Of a DNA stretch of 64,000 nucleotides, positions 10,047 through 21,318 are shown one piece after another. Source of the stretch: Deltaproteobacteria bacterium (GTDB lineage: Bacteria; Desulfobacterota; Deferrimicrobia; Deferrimicrobiales; Deferrimicrobiaceae); the NCBI GenBank assembly GCA_037439645.1, contig JBBIVQ010000005.1:10368-74367 (forward strand), read 5' to 3'. Under the pieces are notes generated by a model that saw nothing but the letters and a program-made list of their open reading frames with translations, was not told the origin of the DNA and did no database searches. The translations under genes were made by a program, and so were the position numbers. The first letter of the stretch is position 1; each line of letters begins with the position of its first letter.

Positions 10047-10083
10047 TTGACGGCGAGCTGTAATCATGACTAATTTAGTAATG
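10047..10083 (+). promoter_or_regulatory. Sigma70-like promoter of the suf operon overlapped by an Rrf2/IscR-like operator
   Basis: TTGACG (10047), 18 bp, TAATTT; imperfect palindrome catgactaa-t-ttagtaatg at 10065-10083 in an AT-rich patch. Confidence 0.55.
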
Positions 10084-10109
10084 TATGCCTCGAGGGGAAC
10101 GGAGCGACC

Positions 10110-11558
10110 ATGGAAGACGCCGCGGGCCAGGTCAAAGGGTGGGTGGAACGGGAGTACCGCTGGGGGTTCGTCTCGGAGGTCGAGGCGGACACCGTCCCCA
10201 AGGGACTCAGCGAGGAGATCATCCGGGAGATCTCCGCGCGGAAGCAGGAGCCCGAATTCCTCCTCGAACGCCGCCTCAAGGCGTATCGCCACTGGCTTAC
10301 CATGGTCGAGCCGAAATGGTCCACGGTCTGCTATCACCCCATCGATTTCCAGGAGATCGCCTATTACTCGGCCCCGCGGGGGATGAAAGGGCGACCGAAA
10401 AACCTGGGCGAGGTGGACCCGGAGCTGCTTCGGACGTATGAGCGCCTGGGGATCCCTCTGCGGGAGCAGGAGGTCCTCGCGGGGGTCGCCGTGGATGCCG
10501 TCTTCGACAGCGTCTCCGTGGCCACGACGTACCAGGCGGAGCTGGCGAAGGTGGGGATCCTGTTCTGCTCCTTCTCCGAGGCGGTGCGGAAGTACCCCCG
10601 CCTCGTGGAGCGATACCTCGGGACCGTCGTCCCGTACAACGACAACTTCTTCGCCTCCCTCAACTCGGCCGTCTTCACCGACGGTTCGTTCTGCTACGTT
10701 CCGCCGGGGACGCGGTGCCCGGTGGAGCTGTCGACGTATTTCCGGATAAACGCGGAGAACACGGGACAGTTCGAGCGGACCCTCGTCATCGCGGACGCGG
10801 GCTCCTACGTGAGCTACCTCGAGGGGTGCACCGCGCCGCGCCGCGACACGAACCAGCTCCACGCGGCGGTGGTCGAACTGATCGCCCTCGATGATGCCGA
10901 GATCCGGTACGCCACGGTCCAGAACTGGTACCCGGGCGACAAGGAGGGGAAAGGCGGGATCTACAATTTCGTGACGAAACGGGGATTGTGCGCCGGGAAC
11001 AACTCCCGGATCTCCTGGACGCAGGTGGAGACCGGCTCGGCGATCACGTGGAAATATCCGAGCGTCATCCTCAAGGGGGACAACGCGGTCGGCCAATTCC
11101 ATGGGGTTGCGCTCACGAACAACTTCCAGCAGGCCGACACCGGCACGAAGATGACGCACATCGGGAAGAACACCCGGAGCACGATCGTGAACAAGGGGAT
11201 CTCCGCGGGCCGGGGGCAGAACACGTACCGGGGGCTGGTGAAGGTCCTCAAGACGGCGGAGAACGCACGCAACTTCACCCAGTGCGACTCGCTCCTCCTC
11301 GGGGACCGGTGCGGGGCGCACACGTTTCCGTACATCGAGGTGAAGAACCCGACCGCCCGGGTGGAGCACGAGGCGTCGACGTCGAAGATCGGGGAAGATC
11401 AGCTCTTCTATTGCCGGCAGCGCGGCCTTTCCCGGGAGGACGCGGTTTCGATGATCGTCAACGGATTCTGCCGCGAGGTGATCCGGAACCTTCCCATGGA
11501 GTTCGCGGTGGAGGCTCAAAAACTTCTCGAAATCAGCCTCGAAGGGAGCGTCGGATGA
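10110..11558 (+). CDS. sufB: Fe-S cluster assembly protein SufB
   Basis: [58 protein letters not shown]. Confidence 0.97.
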   Translation: MEDAAGQVKGWVEREYRWGFVSEVEADTVPKGLSEEIIREISARKQEPEFLLERRLKAYRHWLTMVEPKWSTVCYHPIDFQEIAYYSAPRGMKGRPKNLGEVDPELLRTYERLGIPLREQEVLAGVAVDAVFDSVSVATTYQAELAKVGILFCSFSEAVRKYPRLVERYLGTVVPYNDNFFASLNSAVFTDGSFCYVPPGTRCPVELSTYFRINAENTGQFERTLVIADAGSYVSYLEGCTAPRRDTNQLHAAVVELIALDDAEIRYATVQNWYPGDKEGKGGIYNFVTKRGLCAGNNSRISWTQVETGSAITWKYPSVILKGDNAVGQFHGVALTNNFQQADTGTKMTHIGKNTRSTIVNKGISAGRGQNTYRGLVKVLKTAENARNFTQCDSLLLGDRCGAHTFPYIEVKNPTARVEHEASTSKIGEDQLFYCRQRGLSREDAVSMIVNGFCREVIRNLPMEFAVEAQKLLEISLEGSVG

Positions 11559-12346
11559 GGAACGGGAACCCCATGCTGTCCATCGAAGGCCTGCACGCCG
11601 CGATCGGGGAGAAGGCGATCCTGCGCGGGGTGGACCTCGAAGTCCACGCGGGAGAAGTCCACGCCGTCATGGGCCCGAACGGATCGGGAAAGAGCACGCT
11701 GGCCAACGTCGTCGCGGGGCGCGAGGAGTACCGGGTGACGGCCGGTTCGATCCGTTACCAAGGGGTGGATCTCCTCGCGATGCCCCCGGAGGAGCGGGCA
11801 AGGGAAGGGATCTTCCTCGCCTTCCAGAACCCCGTGGAGATTCCCGGGGTGAGCAACCTCTACTTCCTGAAAGCGGCTTTGAACGCGGTGAGAAAGCACA
11901 GGGGGCTCCAGGAGCTCGACGTCGTGGAGTTCCGCGAGACGGTCCTCGATCGGCTTCACCGGGTCGGGATGGACGAAGACCTGTTGCGGCGGTCGGTGAA
12001 CGACGGGTTTTCGGGGGGGGAGAAGAAGCGGAACGAGATCCTTCAGCTGACGGTGCTCGATCCGAAGCTCGCGATCCTCGACGAGACGGACTCGGGCCTG
12101 GACATCGACGCACTGAAGGTCGTCGCCGCCGGCGTGAACGCCTCCCGCGATCCGGAACGGGCGATCGTCGTCGTGACCCATTACCAGCGGTTGCTGAACT
12201 ACATCGTGCCCGATTTCGTGCACGTCCTCGTCGAGGGAAGGATCGTGCGGTCCGGCGGCAGGGACCTTGCGTTCGAGCTCGAGGAGCGCGGGTACGGTTG
12301 GGTTCAACCGACGGCCGCCGGGAGCGGGGGGGAGGCACGCCCGTGA
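11555..12346 (+). CDS. sufC: Fe-S cluster assembly ATPase SufC
   Basis: [49 protein letters not shown]. Confidence 0.97.
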   Translation: MRNGNPMLSIEGLHAAIGEKAILRGVDLEVHAGEVHAVMGPNGSGKSTLANVVAGREEYRVTAGSIRYQGVDLLAMPPEERAREGIFLAFQNPVEIPGVSNLYFLKAALNAVRKHRGLQELDVVEFRETVLDRLHRVGMDEDLLRRSVNDGFSGGEKKRNEILQLTVLDPKLAILDETDSGLDIDALKVVAAGVNASRDPERAIVVVTHYQRLLNYIVPDFVHVLVEGRIVRSGGRDLAFELEERGYGWVQPTAAGSGGEARP

Positions 12347-13680
12347 CCTTGCCCGCCGGAGCGAAGGACCGTTACCTCGCTGCGTTCGAACGGGCGGCGG
12401 ACGGGAAGGGAAGGCCCGCCTGGTTGCGACGTCTCCGGGGGGAGGCGAAGGACCGGTTCCTGTCGTCCGGTTTCCCGGGCGTGAAGGACGAGGATTGGAA
12501 ATACACGAGCGTGGCGGAGATCGAAGAACGGGAATTCGATATCGCGCCGCGCGGCGGCCGGCTGACCGCGTCGGATGTCGCGGCGTTTCTCCCGGCGGAT
12601 GCGTCCGGGAACGTCCTCGTGTTCGAGAACGGCCGATATCGGCCGGACCTTTCCGTGCGGCGGTCCCTCCCCCACGGTGCGCATCTCGGGGGGATGTCCG
12701 AAGCGCTGTCCGGCGGGGGAGACGGGCTCGTCCCGTACTTTCCCCGGACCCCCACGGACCCCTTCGGCGACCTGAACACGATGCTGATGGAGGACGGCGC
12801 GTTCCTGCACGTCGGGAAGAGGGTGGAGATCCCGGAGCCGATCCATCTCCTGTTCCTCACCCTCGGATCCGAACGACCGTTCATGGTGCACCCCCGGAAC
12901 GTCATCGTCGCGGGAGAAGGCTCCCGGGTGACGGTCGTCGAGCGATACGCCGCGGTTGCAGATGCCGGGTGCCTCGTGAACACCGTGACCGGCATCGATG
13001 CCGCCGACGGCGCCACCGTGGTCCACTACCGGCTCCAGGAGGAAGGGAGCGACGCGTACCACGTGGCGTCGCTGCGCGCCCGGCAGGGAACGGGTAGCCG
13101 CTTCGCCGCCCATTCCGTCGCCCTCGGGGCGCGCATCTCCCGGAGCGGCGTCCACGTCCTGCTCGACGGCGAGGGCGCGGCGTGCCTGCTCAACGGGCTC
13201 TATATGGGGAACGGGGAGCGGCACGTCGACCATTTCACGACGATCGACCACGCGAAACCGGAAGGGACGAGCCGGGAATATTACCGCGGCATCCTCGACG
13301 ACCGATCCCGCGGCGTGTTTCGCGGACGGGTGATCGTGAGGAAAGACGCGCAGAAGACGGACGCCCGCCAGGCGAACCGGAACCTGCTGCTGTCGAGGGA
13401 GGCCGAGGCGGACAGCCGCCCGCAGCTCGAGATCCACGCCGACGACGTGAAGTGCACCCACGGCGCCACGGTGGGTCCGCTCGACGAAGAGAAGGTCTTC
13501 TACATGCGGTCGCGGGGGATCGACGAATCTTCGGCGCGGGGCCTGCTCGCCTGCGCGTTCGCCGGCGATATTCTCCGTAGATTCGATCTTCCCGGCGTCC
13601 GTCGGACCTTCGAGGAGAAGGTGCTCGCCCGGCTGCCCGAGGCGGACCGGATCCGGGGGTTCTTCCATGACCAGGGTTAG
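12343..13680 (+). CDS. sufD: Fe-S cluster assembly protein SufD
   Basis: EDWKYT, PQLEIHADDVKCTHGATVG; GTG start overlapping the sufC stop. Confidence 0.95.
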   Translation: MTLPAGAKDRYLAAFERAADGKGRPAWLRRLRGEAKDRFLSSGFPGVKDEDWKYTSVAEIEEREFDIAPRGGRLTASDVAAFLPADASGNVLVFENGRYRPDLSVRRSLPHGAHLGGMSEALSGGGDGLVPYFPRTPTDPFGDLNTMLMEDGAFLHVGKRVEIPEPIHLLFLTLGSERPFMVHPRNVIVAGEGSRVTVVERYAAVADAGCLVNTVTGIDAADGATVVHYRLQEEGSDAYHVASLRARQGTGSRFAAHSVALGARISRSGVHVLLDGEGAACLLNGLYMGNGERHVDHFTTIDHAKPEGTSREYYRGILDDRSRGVFRGRVIVRKDAQKTDARQANRNLLLSREAEADSRPQLEIHADDVKCTHGATVGPLDEEKVFYMRSRGIDESSARGLLACAFAGDILRRFDLPGVRRTFEEKVLARLPEADRIRGFFHDQG

Positions 13681-14929
13681 CGTTCTCCGGGAAGAACCGG
13701 CGATCCCGGGCGTATTCGACGTGTCGCGGGTGCGGGATGATTTCCCGATCCTGTCGAGAAGGGTCCACGGGAAGCCGTTGGTCTATCTCGACAACGCCGC
13801 CACCACGCAGAAGCCCCGGGAGGTGATCGCGGCGATCCGCAGGTACTACGCAACCGCGAACGCCAACGTGCACCGCGGCGTCCACGCGCTCTCCGAACGG
13901 GCCACGCAGGCGTACGAGGATGCGCGGGCGAGGGTGGCGCGGTTCCTGAACGCCGGCGAGGTCCGGGAAATCGTTTTCGTACGGGGGGCGACCGAGGCGG
14001 TCAACCTGGTGGCGCAAACGTACGGGCGCGTCCACCTCCACGAGGGGGACGAGGTCCTCATCACGGGAATGGAGCACCATGCCAACATCGTTCCCTGGCA
14101 GATGGCGTGCGAACGGGCGGGAGCGCGGCTCAAGGTCGCGCCCATCCTCGAATCGGGGGAACTCGATCTCGCGGCGTACGAACGGATGCTCTCCCCACGG
14201 ACGCAGGTGGTCGCCGCGGCCCACGTGTCGAACGCGCTCGGAACGGTGAACCCGGTCGGCGAAATGGTCCGGATGGCGCACGCGCGGGGCATCCCCGTCC
14301 TTGTGGACGGGGCCCAGGCGGTTCCCCACCTCCCCGTGGACGTCCGCGCCCTCGGCTGCGACTTCTACGTTTTTTCCGGGCACAAGGTGTACGGCCCGAC
14401 CGGGATCGGCGTCCTCTACGGGAAGGCGGAACATCTCGACGGGATGCCGCCGTACCAGGGCGGGGGGGACATGATCCTGCGCGTCACCTTCGAAAAGACC
14501 ACCTACAATGCGATCCCGTGGAAGTTCGAGGCCGGCACTCCCGACATCGCAGGCGCGGTCGGGTTGCGCGCCGCCATCGACTACATCGACGCGATCGGGC
14601 TCGCGTCGATATCGGCGCACGAAAGGGAACTGCTCGCGTACGCGGCGGAAGAGGTGGGCAGGATCCCGGGGGTGCGCATCGTGGGGACCGCGGAGGAGAA
14701 AGCGGCAATCCTTTCGTTCGTCGTCGACGGCGTGCACCCCCATGACATCGGAACGATCCTCGATCGCGAAGGGGTCGCCATCCGGACCGGGCACCATTGC
14801 GCCATGCCGCTCATGGACCGTCTCGGGCTGCCGGCGACCGCCCGCGCCTCGTTCGGCCTCTACAATACGGCGGCCGAGGCGGACACCCTCTCCGCCGGGA
14901 TCCGGAAGGCGCGCGAGGTCTTCCGGTGA
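13667..14929 (+). CDS. sufS: Cysteine desulfurase SufS
   Basis: YLDNAATTQKP, EHHANIVPWQ, FSGHK (PLP Lys), RTGHHCA. Confidence 0.97.
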   Translation: MTRVSVLREEPAIPGVFDVSRVRDDFPILSRRVHGKPLVYLDNAATTQKPREVIAAIRRYYATANANVHRGVHALSERATQAYEDARARVARFLNAGEVREIVFVRGATEAVNLVAQTYGRVHLHEGDEVLITGMEHHANIVPWQMACERAGARLKVAPILESGELDLAAYERMLSPRTQVVAAAHVSNALGTVNPVGEMVRMAHARGIPVLVDGAQAVPHLPVDVRALGCDFYVFSGHKVYGPTGIGVLYGKAEHLDGMPPYQGGGDMILRVTFEKTTYNAIPWKFEAGTPDIAGAVGLRAAIDYIDAIGLASISAHERELLAYAAEEVGRIPGVRIVGTAEEKAAILSFVVDGVHPHDIGTILDREGVAIRTGHHCAMPLMDRLGLPATARASFGLYNTAAEADTLSAGIRKAREVFR

Positions 14930-15375
14930 CATCCGACATCCAATCCCTTTACCGGGAGATCATCGTCGATCACAACCGGCGCCCGAGGAACTTCCGCGAG
15001 ATCCCCGACGCCGACCGGACAGCGAACGGCGACAACCCGCTCTGCGGGGATCGGCTGACCGTGTACGTGAACGTGCGGGAGGGCGTGATCCGGGAGATCG
15101 GGTTCGTGGGGAACGGTTGCGCGATCTCCACGGCCTCCGCATCCCTCATGACGGAGGCGCTTCTCGGCAAGACCGAGCAGGAGGCGGACGACCTGTTCGA
15201 GAGATTCCACGAACTGGTCGCCGGGACCGGACACGGGGCGCGCGGATCCCTCGGGAAACTGCAAGCGTTCGCCGGGGTTCGCGAATTCCCCGTGCGCGTA
15301 AAATGCGCAACGCTCCCATGGCACACGGTTCGGACCGCGTTGAACACGCCGGGCCGTACCGCCTCGACGGAGTGA
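14926..15375 (+). CDS. sufU: SufU sulfur-transfer/scaffold protein
   Basis: LYREIIVDH, NPLCGD, GCAISTAS, RVKCATLPWH. Confidence 0.95.
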   Translation: MTSDIQSLYREIIVDHNRRPRNFREIPDADRTANGDNPLCGDRLTVYVNVREGVIREIGFVGNGCAISTASASLMTEALLGKTEQEADDLFERFHELVAGTGHGARGSLGKLQAFAGVREFPVRVKCATLPWHTVRTALNTPGRTASTE

Positions 15376-15395
15376 CCCGGACTCTCCGCACGCCT

Positions 15396-15869
15396 CTACT
15401 TTTTCTTCCGCTCCCGCCGGGCGATCGCCCTCCGACCGGCCTCGAGGTTTCTGCGGCGGTCCTCGTCGGTCTCCAGCAGCAGCCTCGGCACCTCGGCCGG
15501 CCTTCCCTCGTCGTCCAGCGCGACCATCAGGAAATAGGAGGAATTCGTATGGGTCTTCTTCCCCGTCCGCGGTTCCTCCGCCTCGACGCGGACCCCGACC
15601 TCCATCGAGGTGCGCCCCACGTAATTCACGGAAGCGTGAAACGTGACGAGGTTGCCGATGAAGACGGGGGCGTGGAACTCGAAATGATCCACGGCGGCGG
15701 TGACGCAGTTTCTCCCGGAGTGCCGGATGGCCACGACGCCGGCGGCGGAATCCGCCAGTTTCATGATGTTTCCCCCGTGGACGTTCCCCGCGGGGTTCGC
15801 GTCCTGGGGCGTCATCTCCTGCGCCATCACCAGCCGGGTCGCCGACACCGGCTTCGCGTCCGCGGACAT
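15396..15869 (-). CDS. Acyl-CoA thioesterase (hotdog fold, YciA-like)
   Basis: DANPAGNVHGG, VGRTSMEVGV, MVALD. Confidence 0.92.
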   Translation of the reverse strand: MSADAKPVSATRLVMAQEMTPQDANPAGNVHGGNIMKLADSAAGVVAIRHSGRNCVTAAVDHFEFHAPVFIGNLVTFHASVNYVGRTSMEVGVRVEAEEPRTGKKTHTNSSYFLMVALDDEGRPAEVPRLLLETDEDRRRNLEAGRRAIARRERKKK

Positions 15870-15983
15870 CGCGTCCTCCTATTCGAGGGATGGTATCCCT
15901 ATGGATTGTACCCGGAAACGATATGGTCCCGGATGCCGTCCCCCACTTTATTCCGCGGGCAGATACGGGTATCATTCGAACCA

Positions 15984-18149
15984 ATGTCCACGCTGAAACG
16001 GGAATTCCCCGTCCGCATCGCCATCTACGCCCTCATTGTGCTGTCCTTCGCCAACCTCAATGCGATCGTCGACATGGTGCTCCACCCGGAGATTCCGTAT
16101 TTCGATGAGGAACATCTGCTCGTAGGCGGGATCGCCGCCGTCGCGTTGGCCTCCGTTCTCGGCGTGCTCGAAACGTACCTGGCCCGGCGAAGGAAGTCCG
16201 AAGCGAACGTCCGGGAGAGCGAGGAACGGTACCGAACCCTGTTCCAAACGTCCAGCGACGGGATATTTCTTCTCTCCTTCGACGGGCAACTTCTCGACGT
16301 GAACGATTCGTACGCCCGGATGCACGGATACCGGGCGGAAGAGATGGTCGGGATGAATTTGCGGGATTTCGACACGGCCCGGACCACGCAAATGGTCCCT
16401 GACCGGATGAGGCGGATCCTGACGGGGGAGTCGTTGATCTTCGAAGTGGAACACCACCACAGGGACGGGCACGTGTTCCCGCTCGAGGTGTCCGCGCACA
16501 AGGTCACTTTCGGTGGGAAATCCTGCATCCAGTCCATTCACCGCGACATCACCGGCCGCAAGCGGATCGAAAAGGAGTTGGAGGAGAGCCGGGGACGGCT
16601 GATCGAGGCGCAAAAAGTCGCGCACCTCGGTTACTACGCCCTGGATGTGGCGTCGGGGATCTGGACCAGCTCGGAGATCCTCGACGTCGTGTTCGGCATC
16701 GGTCCCGATTACCGGAGGGACGTCGATGGATGGGCGCTGCTCGTTCACCCGGAAGATCGCCGGGGGATGGTGGAGTACTTCCGCAACGAGGTCCTCTCGG
16801 AAAAGGGGTCGTTCGATCGCGAGTACCGGATCGTCAGGAAATCGGACAACTGCGTCCGGTGGGTCCACGGATTGGGCAAGGTGGAGCGCGACTCCGCAGG
16901 CCGTCCCGTCCGGATGCACGGGACGATCCAGGACGTCACGGAGCGGAAGCGGGCGGAGACGGAGAAACTGGACCTGGAGCTGCAGATCCAGCAGGCGCAG
17001 AAACTCGAAAGCCTCGGCGTGCTCGCCGGGGGGATCGCCCACGATTTCAATAACCTCCTGATGGTCGTGCTGGGACACTCCGACCTGGCCTTGAAGGAGA
17101 TCTCCCCGATGTCGGCCGCCCGGGGGAGCATCACCGAGATTTCGACCGCGGCGCACCGCGCCGCCGACCTGTGCCGGCAGATGCTTGCGTACGCGGGCAA
17201 GTCCTCGTTCGCCCTGGAGCGGACGGACTTGAGGGAACTGGTCGATGAGATGGCGCACCTGCTCAAGACCGCGATCTCGAAGAAGGTGATCCTCAACCTG
17301 AACCTCGAACGGGGGCTGCCTCCCATCCAGGCGGACCCGAGCCAGCTGCGGCAGGTCGCGATGAACCTGATCCTCAACGCGTCGGAGGCGATCGGGGACC
17401 GGAGCGGGGCGATCACCGTGGCGGTAGGCGCCACGCGATGCGACGAGGAGTACCTTCGGAAAACGGAGTTGAAGGAGGACCTGGCCCCGGGTCTGTACGT
17501 GCACCTGGAAGTGACGGACACCGGGATCGGAATGGACGCGAAGACCCGGTCGCGGATCTTCGAGCCGTTTTTCACCACGAAGTTCACGGGCCGCGGGCTT
17601 GGACTGGCCGCCGTGCTCGGGATCGTCCGCGCGCACAAGGGGGCGTTGAAGGTGTACAGCGAACCCGGCAAGGGAACGACGTTCAAGATCCTCTTCCCGG
17701 CCCGGCCCGAGGGAAGCGAAGCCGACACGCAGGCCGGGGGCTCCCCTCCGGTCGATTGGCGCGGGAAAGGGACGATCCTGCTGGTGGACGACGAGGAAAG
17801 CCTGATCGCACTGGGCGCGAGAATGCTGGAAGCCCTCGGGTTCACCGTGCTGACGGCGCCGGACGGTGCGCGGGCGGTGGAGCTCTACCGCGCGCGGGGA
17901 AAAGAGATCGACCTCGTCCTGATGGACCTGACGATGCCGCACATGGACGGCGCGGAAGCGTTCGGGGAACTGCGTCGGCTGAACCCCGACGTCCGTGTCG
18001 TCCTCGCCAGCGGGTACAGCCACGAGGACATCGCGGCGCGATTCGCGGGGAAGGGCCTTTCCGGGGTATTGCAGAAGCCGTACACCCTTGCGAAATTGCG
18101 GGAGTCCCTTTCCGTGCTCACGGCGGAAGGTTCCGGCGGGAAAAGGTGA
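15984..18149 (+). CDS. Hybrid sensor histidine kinase (2 TM, 2 PAS, HisKA/HATPase, receiver)
   Basis: LAGGIAHDFNNLL, NLILNASEA, DTGIGM, FEPFFTTK, GLGL, MDLTMP; likely start is ATG 15984. Confidence 0.93.
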   Translation: MSTLKREFPVRIAIYALIVLSFANLNAIVDMVLHPEIPYFDEEHLLVGGIAAVALASVLGVLETYLARRRKSEANVRESEERYRTLFQTSSDGIFLLSFDGQLLDVNDSYARMHGYRAEEMVGMNLRDFDTARTTQMVPDRMRRILTGESLIFEVEHHHRDGHVFPLEVSAHKVTFGGKSCIQSIHRDITGRKRIEKELEESRGRLIEAQKVAHLGYYALDVASGIWTSSEILDVVFGIGPDYRRDVDGWALLVHPEDRRGMVEYFRNEVLSEKGSFDREYRIVRKSDNCVRWVHGLGKVERDSAGRPVRMHGTIQDVTERKRAETEKLDLELQIQQAQKLESLGVLAGGIAHDFNNLLMVVLGHSDLALKEISPMSAARGSITEISTAAHRAADLCRQMLAYAGKSSFALERTDLRELVDEMAHLLKTAISKKVILNLNLERGLPPIQADPSQLRQVAMNLILNASEAIGDRSGAITVAVGATRCDEEYLRKTELKEDLAPGLYVHLEVTDTGIGMDAKTRSRIFEPFFTTKFTGRGLGLAAVLGIVRAHKGALKVYSEPGKGTTFKILFPARPEGSEADTQAGGSPPVDWRGKGTILLVDDEESLIALGARMLEALGFTVLTAPDGARAVELYRARGKEIDLVLMDLTMPHMDGAEAFGELRRLNPDVRVVLASGYSHEDIAARFAGKGLSGVLQKPYTLAKLRESLSVLTAEGSGGKR

Positions 18150-18186
18150 CGCCTCCGCCGGACGGCGGGGGGTGTCCCGTGGTCGT

Positions 18187-18882
18187 CTACCCGATCCATC
18201 GCGCGATGCCGAATGCGGCGGTCGCGGCGATGCCCCCGATCCCGACGGTCTGTAGCCCGCCGATCAGCGGCCGGATCCCCGTGAGCCGCCCCTTGACGGC
18301 TCCGAACACGAAGAGGGCGAGCAGCGTGACCGCCGCGGAGATCGCAAGGCCCATGAGCACGTTGTCCGTCGTCATGTACGGTGCCAGGGGCACCAGTCCA
18401 CCGACGACGTAGGACAAGCCGATCGTCAAGGCGCTCCTCACGGCCCTTTTCGGATCGGGCAATTCGAGTCCCAGCTCGTATCGCATCATGAAATCCACCC
18501 AGCGGTCGGGGTCGGCGCAGATGGCGGAGACCACCGGGGCGGCCTGCTCGTCTTCCAGGCCGTAACCGCGGAAGACGGTGGCGACCTCCAGCCTCTCGGC
18601 GGCCGGCATCTCCCGGATTTCCCGGAACTCCCGCGCGCGTTCGGAGGCGTAGTGCTCCCGGTCCGTCCGTGCCGCCAGGTATCCCCCCAGCCCCATCGCG
18701 ATCGAACCCGCGGCGATTTCGGCCAATCCGGCGACCACGATCACGCCGGTGGAACTCACGGCCCCCGACAATCCGGCCGCCAGCGCGAACGGAACGGTCA
18801 GCCCGTCCGCCATCCCGATGACGATGTCGCGAACGGACGCCGATGAAGTGAAGTGATTCTCCGCGTGGATGGTGCCCCGCAT
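18187..18882 (-). CDS. VIT1/CCC1 family iron/manganese transporter
   Basis: RDIVIGMADGLTVPFALAAGLSG, AEIAAGSIAMGLGGYL, FMMRYELG. Confidence 0.93.
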   Translation of the reverse strand: MRGTIHAENHFTSSASVRDIVIGMADGLTVPFALAAGLSGAVSSTGVIVVAGLAEIAAGSIAMGLGGYLAARTDREHYASERAREFREIREMPAAERLEVATVFRGYGLEDEQAAPVVSAICADPDRWVDFMMRYELGLELPDPKRAVRSALTIGLSYVVGGLVPLAPYMTTDNVLMGLAISAAVTLLALFVFGAVKGRLTGIRPLIGGLQTVGIGGIAATAAFGIARWIG

Positions 18883-19244
18883 GGTCACACCTTCCCTTCC
18901 CCCATCCGCCACCCGACGATCCGTGCCGCCGCGACGACCGCCCCGAACGCGTGGACGGTGACCGGGCCGAACAGGTGGAGCTCGGGTTGCGGGAAATACG
19001 GGATCATATCCTCTCCTGCATTGGACGGGTTCAAGCCGGGGAAGGTTCAACGCATGCGAGGATCTCTCCTCCCGCCGCGGAATCTAATATAGATTGAATA
19101 CACCTGCCGCTTGAAGGAAAACGGATAGATGCGATGAGATCGCCAATCAAGGAGTGGACGGGCTTCGCCCGAAGGAACCGTGGCGCGGCCCGCGGGGGTG
19201 GAACGTCGTTGAGGAAGGTGGAGGGAAACCCCGGTGACTTCGGG

Positions 19245-20471
19245 ATGCCGAATCGGATGAGCCGCGACATCGTCACCCTTTTCGCCGCGCGCATCATCCG
19301 GCTCTTCTGCTACGGGTTCCTCTCGGTCGTCCTCGCGCTCTATCTCGCGCGGATCGGCCTTTCCGAGCGGCAAATCGGCCTTCTCTTCACCCTCACCCTC
19401 GCGGGCGATGCGGGAATTTCTCTCCGGCTCACCACCACCGCGGACCGTTTCGGACGCAAGCGCACGCTGATCATCGGCGCGCTGCTGATGTCGGGCGCGG
19501 GCGTCGTTTTCATCGTCACCCGGGACGTTCTCTTCCTGCTCGCGGCCGCGATCGTCGGAGTCATCAGCCCGAGCGGGAATGAGATCGGTCCATTCCTGTC
19601 CGTCGAACAGGCCGCCTTGACGCAACTCCTGCCGGGCGAAAAACGCACGCATACGTTCGCATGGTACAACCTCGTCGGATCCTTCGCGACCGCGCTGGGC
19701 GCACTGTCGGGCGGCTGGCTGGCCCGGGCGCTGCAGCTCCGCGGGATGTCCGAGCTGGATGCGTATCGCGGTGTCCTGGCGGGATACGCGTTGGGCGGAT
19801 TCGTCCTCGTCATCCTTTTCCTTCAACTCTCGCGGGACGTTGAAGTGAAAACGGCTTCCCGGGCCGAGCCCGCCCGACGGGTGCTCGGCCTCCATCGCTC
19901 CCGCAACGTGGTGATCCGGCTCAGCGCGCTGTTCGCATTGGACGCCTTCGCGGGCGGGTTGATCGTGCAGGCCATGATCGCTTACTGGTTCCACGTTAAA
20001 TTCGGAATCGACGCGGGCGTCATCGGGACGATCTTCTTCGGGGCGAATCTGTTGGCGGGGATCTCGGCATTGATGGCGGCGAGGCTTGCCGCCCGGATCG
20101 GCTTGATCAACACGATGGTCTTCACGCACGTCCCGTCGAATGTCTTGCTGATCCTTGTTCCCCTCATGCCGACGCTTTCATTGGCGATCACCGTTTTGCT
20201 GCTGCGATTCAGCATCTCGCAGATGGACGTGCCGACGCGGCAATCGTATACGATGGCGGTGGTATCGCCCGATGAACGTTCCGCCGCTTCGGGCGTCACC
20301 AGCATTGCGCGATCCGTCGGCGCGTCGATATCCCCCTCCCTTACAGGGTTATTGTTCGCCGTTCCGGCGTTGCTGAGCGCCCCCTTTTACCTGGCCGGCG
20401 GATTGAAAATCGTCTACGACATCCTCCTCTATCGTGGTTTCCGCACGATGAAAGCCCCCGAGGAGAAATGA
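19245..20471 (+). CDS. MFS transporter
   Basis: ADRFGRKRT motif A, about 12 TM segments, SQMDVPTRQSY. Confidence 0.9.
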   Translation: MPNRMSRDIVTLFAARIIRLFCYGFLSVVLALYLARIGLSERQIGLLFTLTLAGDAGISLRLTTTADRFGRKRTLIIGALLMSGAGVVFIVTRDVLFLLAAAIVGVISPSGNEIGPFLSVEQAALTQLLPGEKRTHTFAWYNLVGSFATALGALSGGWLARALQLRGMSELDAYRGVLAGYALGGFVLVILFLQLSRDVEVKTASRAEPARRVLGLHRSRNVVIRLSALFALDAFAGGLIVQAMIAYWFHVKFGIDAGVIGTIFFGANLLAGISALMAARLAARIGLINTMVFTHVPSNVLLILVPLMPTLSLAITVLLLRFSISQMDVPTRQSYTMAVVSPDERSAASGVTSIARSVGASISPSLTGLLFAVPALLSAPFYLAGGLKIVYDILLYRGFRTMKAPEEK

Positions 20472-20571
20472 ACCGCGTCCTGCGATGGCCGATGAGAAGG
20501 AACCGGCGCGGCCGATTCCGCATCGTACCGGGAGCGAACAGCAGCCCGCAGGATGAGAGGAGGCGACTGCA

Positions 20572-21273
20572 TTGAAAAGGGTGAAAGGTGCGGTCATGTT
20601 CGGCGCGATCGTCATGCTTTCCGTGGCGATGCAGGCGCCGATCGTATCGGCGAAAGGGGATGAGGCGGTACGGGTCAAGACGGCCGCCGAGGTGATGGAA
20701 AAAATCATGGAGATCCCGGAGAAGGCGGTCCCTCCCGCGCTGCTGGCGGACGCCCACGGGATCGCGATCATCCCGGGAGTCGTGAAGGTCGGGTTCGTGT
20801 TGGGGGGCCAGTTCGGGCGCGGGGTTCTCCTCGTCAGGGGAAAGGGCGGGTCCTGGAGCGATCCCGTGTTCGTCACCCTGATGAGCGGGAGCGTCGGGTG
20901 GCAGATCGGGGCGGAGTCCACCGACTTCGTCGTCGTGTTCAAGACGCCGAGGAGCGTCGATGGGATATTGAAGGGGAAATACACCCTCGGGGCGGATGCG
21001 GGGGTGGCGGCCGGTCCGGTGGGGCGATTGGCGAAAGCGTCTACCGACGTCGAGTTGAAGGCGGAGATCTACTCCTATTCGAGAAGCCGGGGCCTCTTCG
21101 CCGGGGTATCCCTGGAGGGATCCTCCCTGCAAGTGGACGACAAGGGCAACGCCGCGTTCTACGGAACCGAGGAGATTCGTCCCTCCGCGATCGTGACGGG
21201 CAAGGGGATCAAAACGCCTCCCGGAGCGGAGATGCTGAAGAAGGTGGTGGGGAAGTACGCGCCGCCGGAATGA
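20572..21273 (+). CDS. Ysc84/SYLF lipid-binding domain protein (exported)
   Basis: Signal peptide; GFVLGGQFGRG, GWQIG, AAGPVGR, YSRSRGLFAGVSLEG. Confidence 0.9.
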   Translation: MKRVKGAVMFGAIVMLSVAMQAPIVSAKGDEAVRVKTAAEVMEKIMEIPEKAVPPALLADAHGIAIIPGVVKVGFVLGGQFGRGVLLVRGKGGSWSDPVFVTLMSGSVGWQIGAESTDFVVVFKTPRSVDGILKGKYTLGADAGVAAGPVGRLAKASTDVELKAEIYSYSRSRGLFAGVSLEGSSLQVDDKGNAAFYGTEEIRPSAIVTGKGIKTPPGAEMLKKVVGKYAPPE

Positions 21274-21318
21274 TCCGTGCCGTGCGGGAGGCGGGGGAGC
21301 GCCCTGCCTCCCCCGTCG

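Noticed and set aside
14508-15983. Apparent 1213-aa giant kinase
   Set aside because: The extension overlaps sufS, sufU and the thioesterase in shadow frames; the kinase starts at 15984
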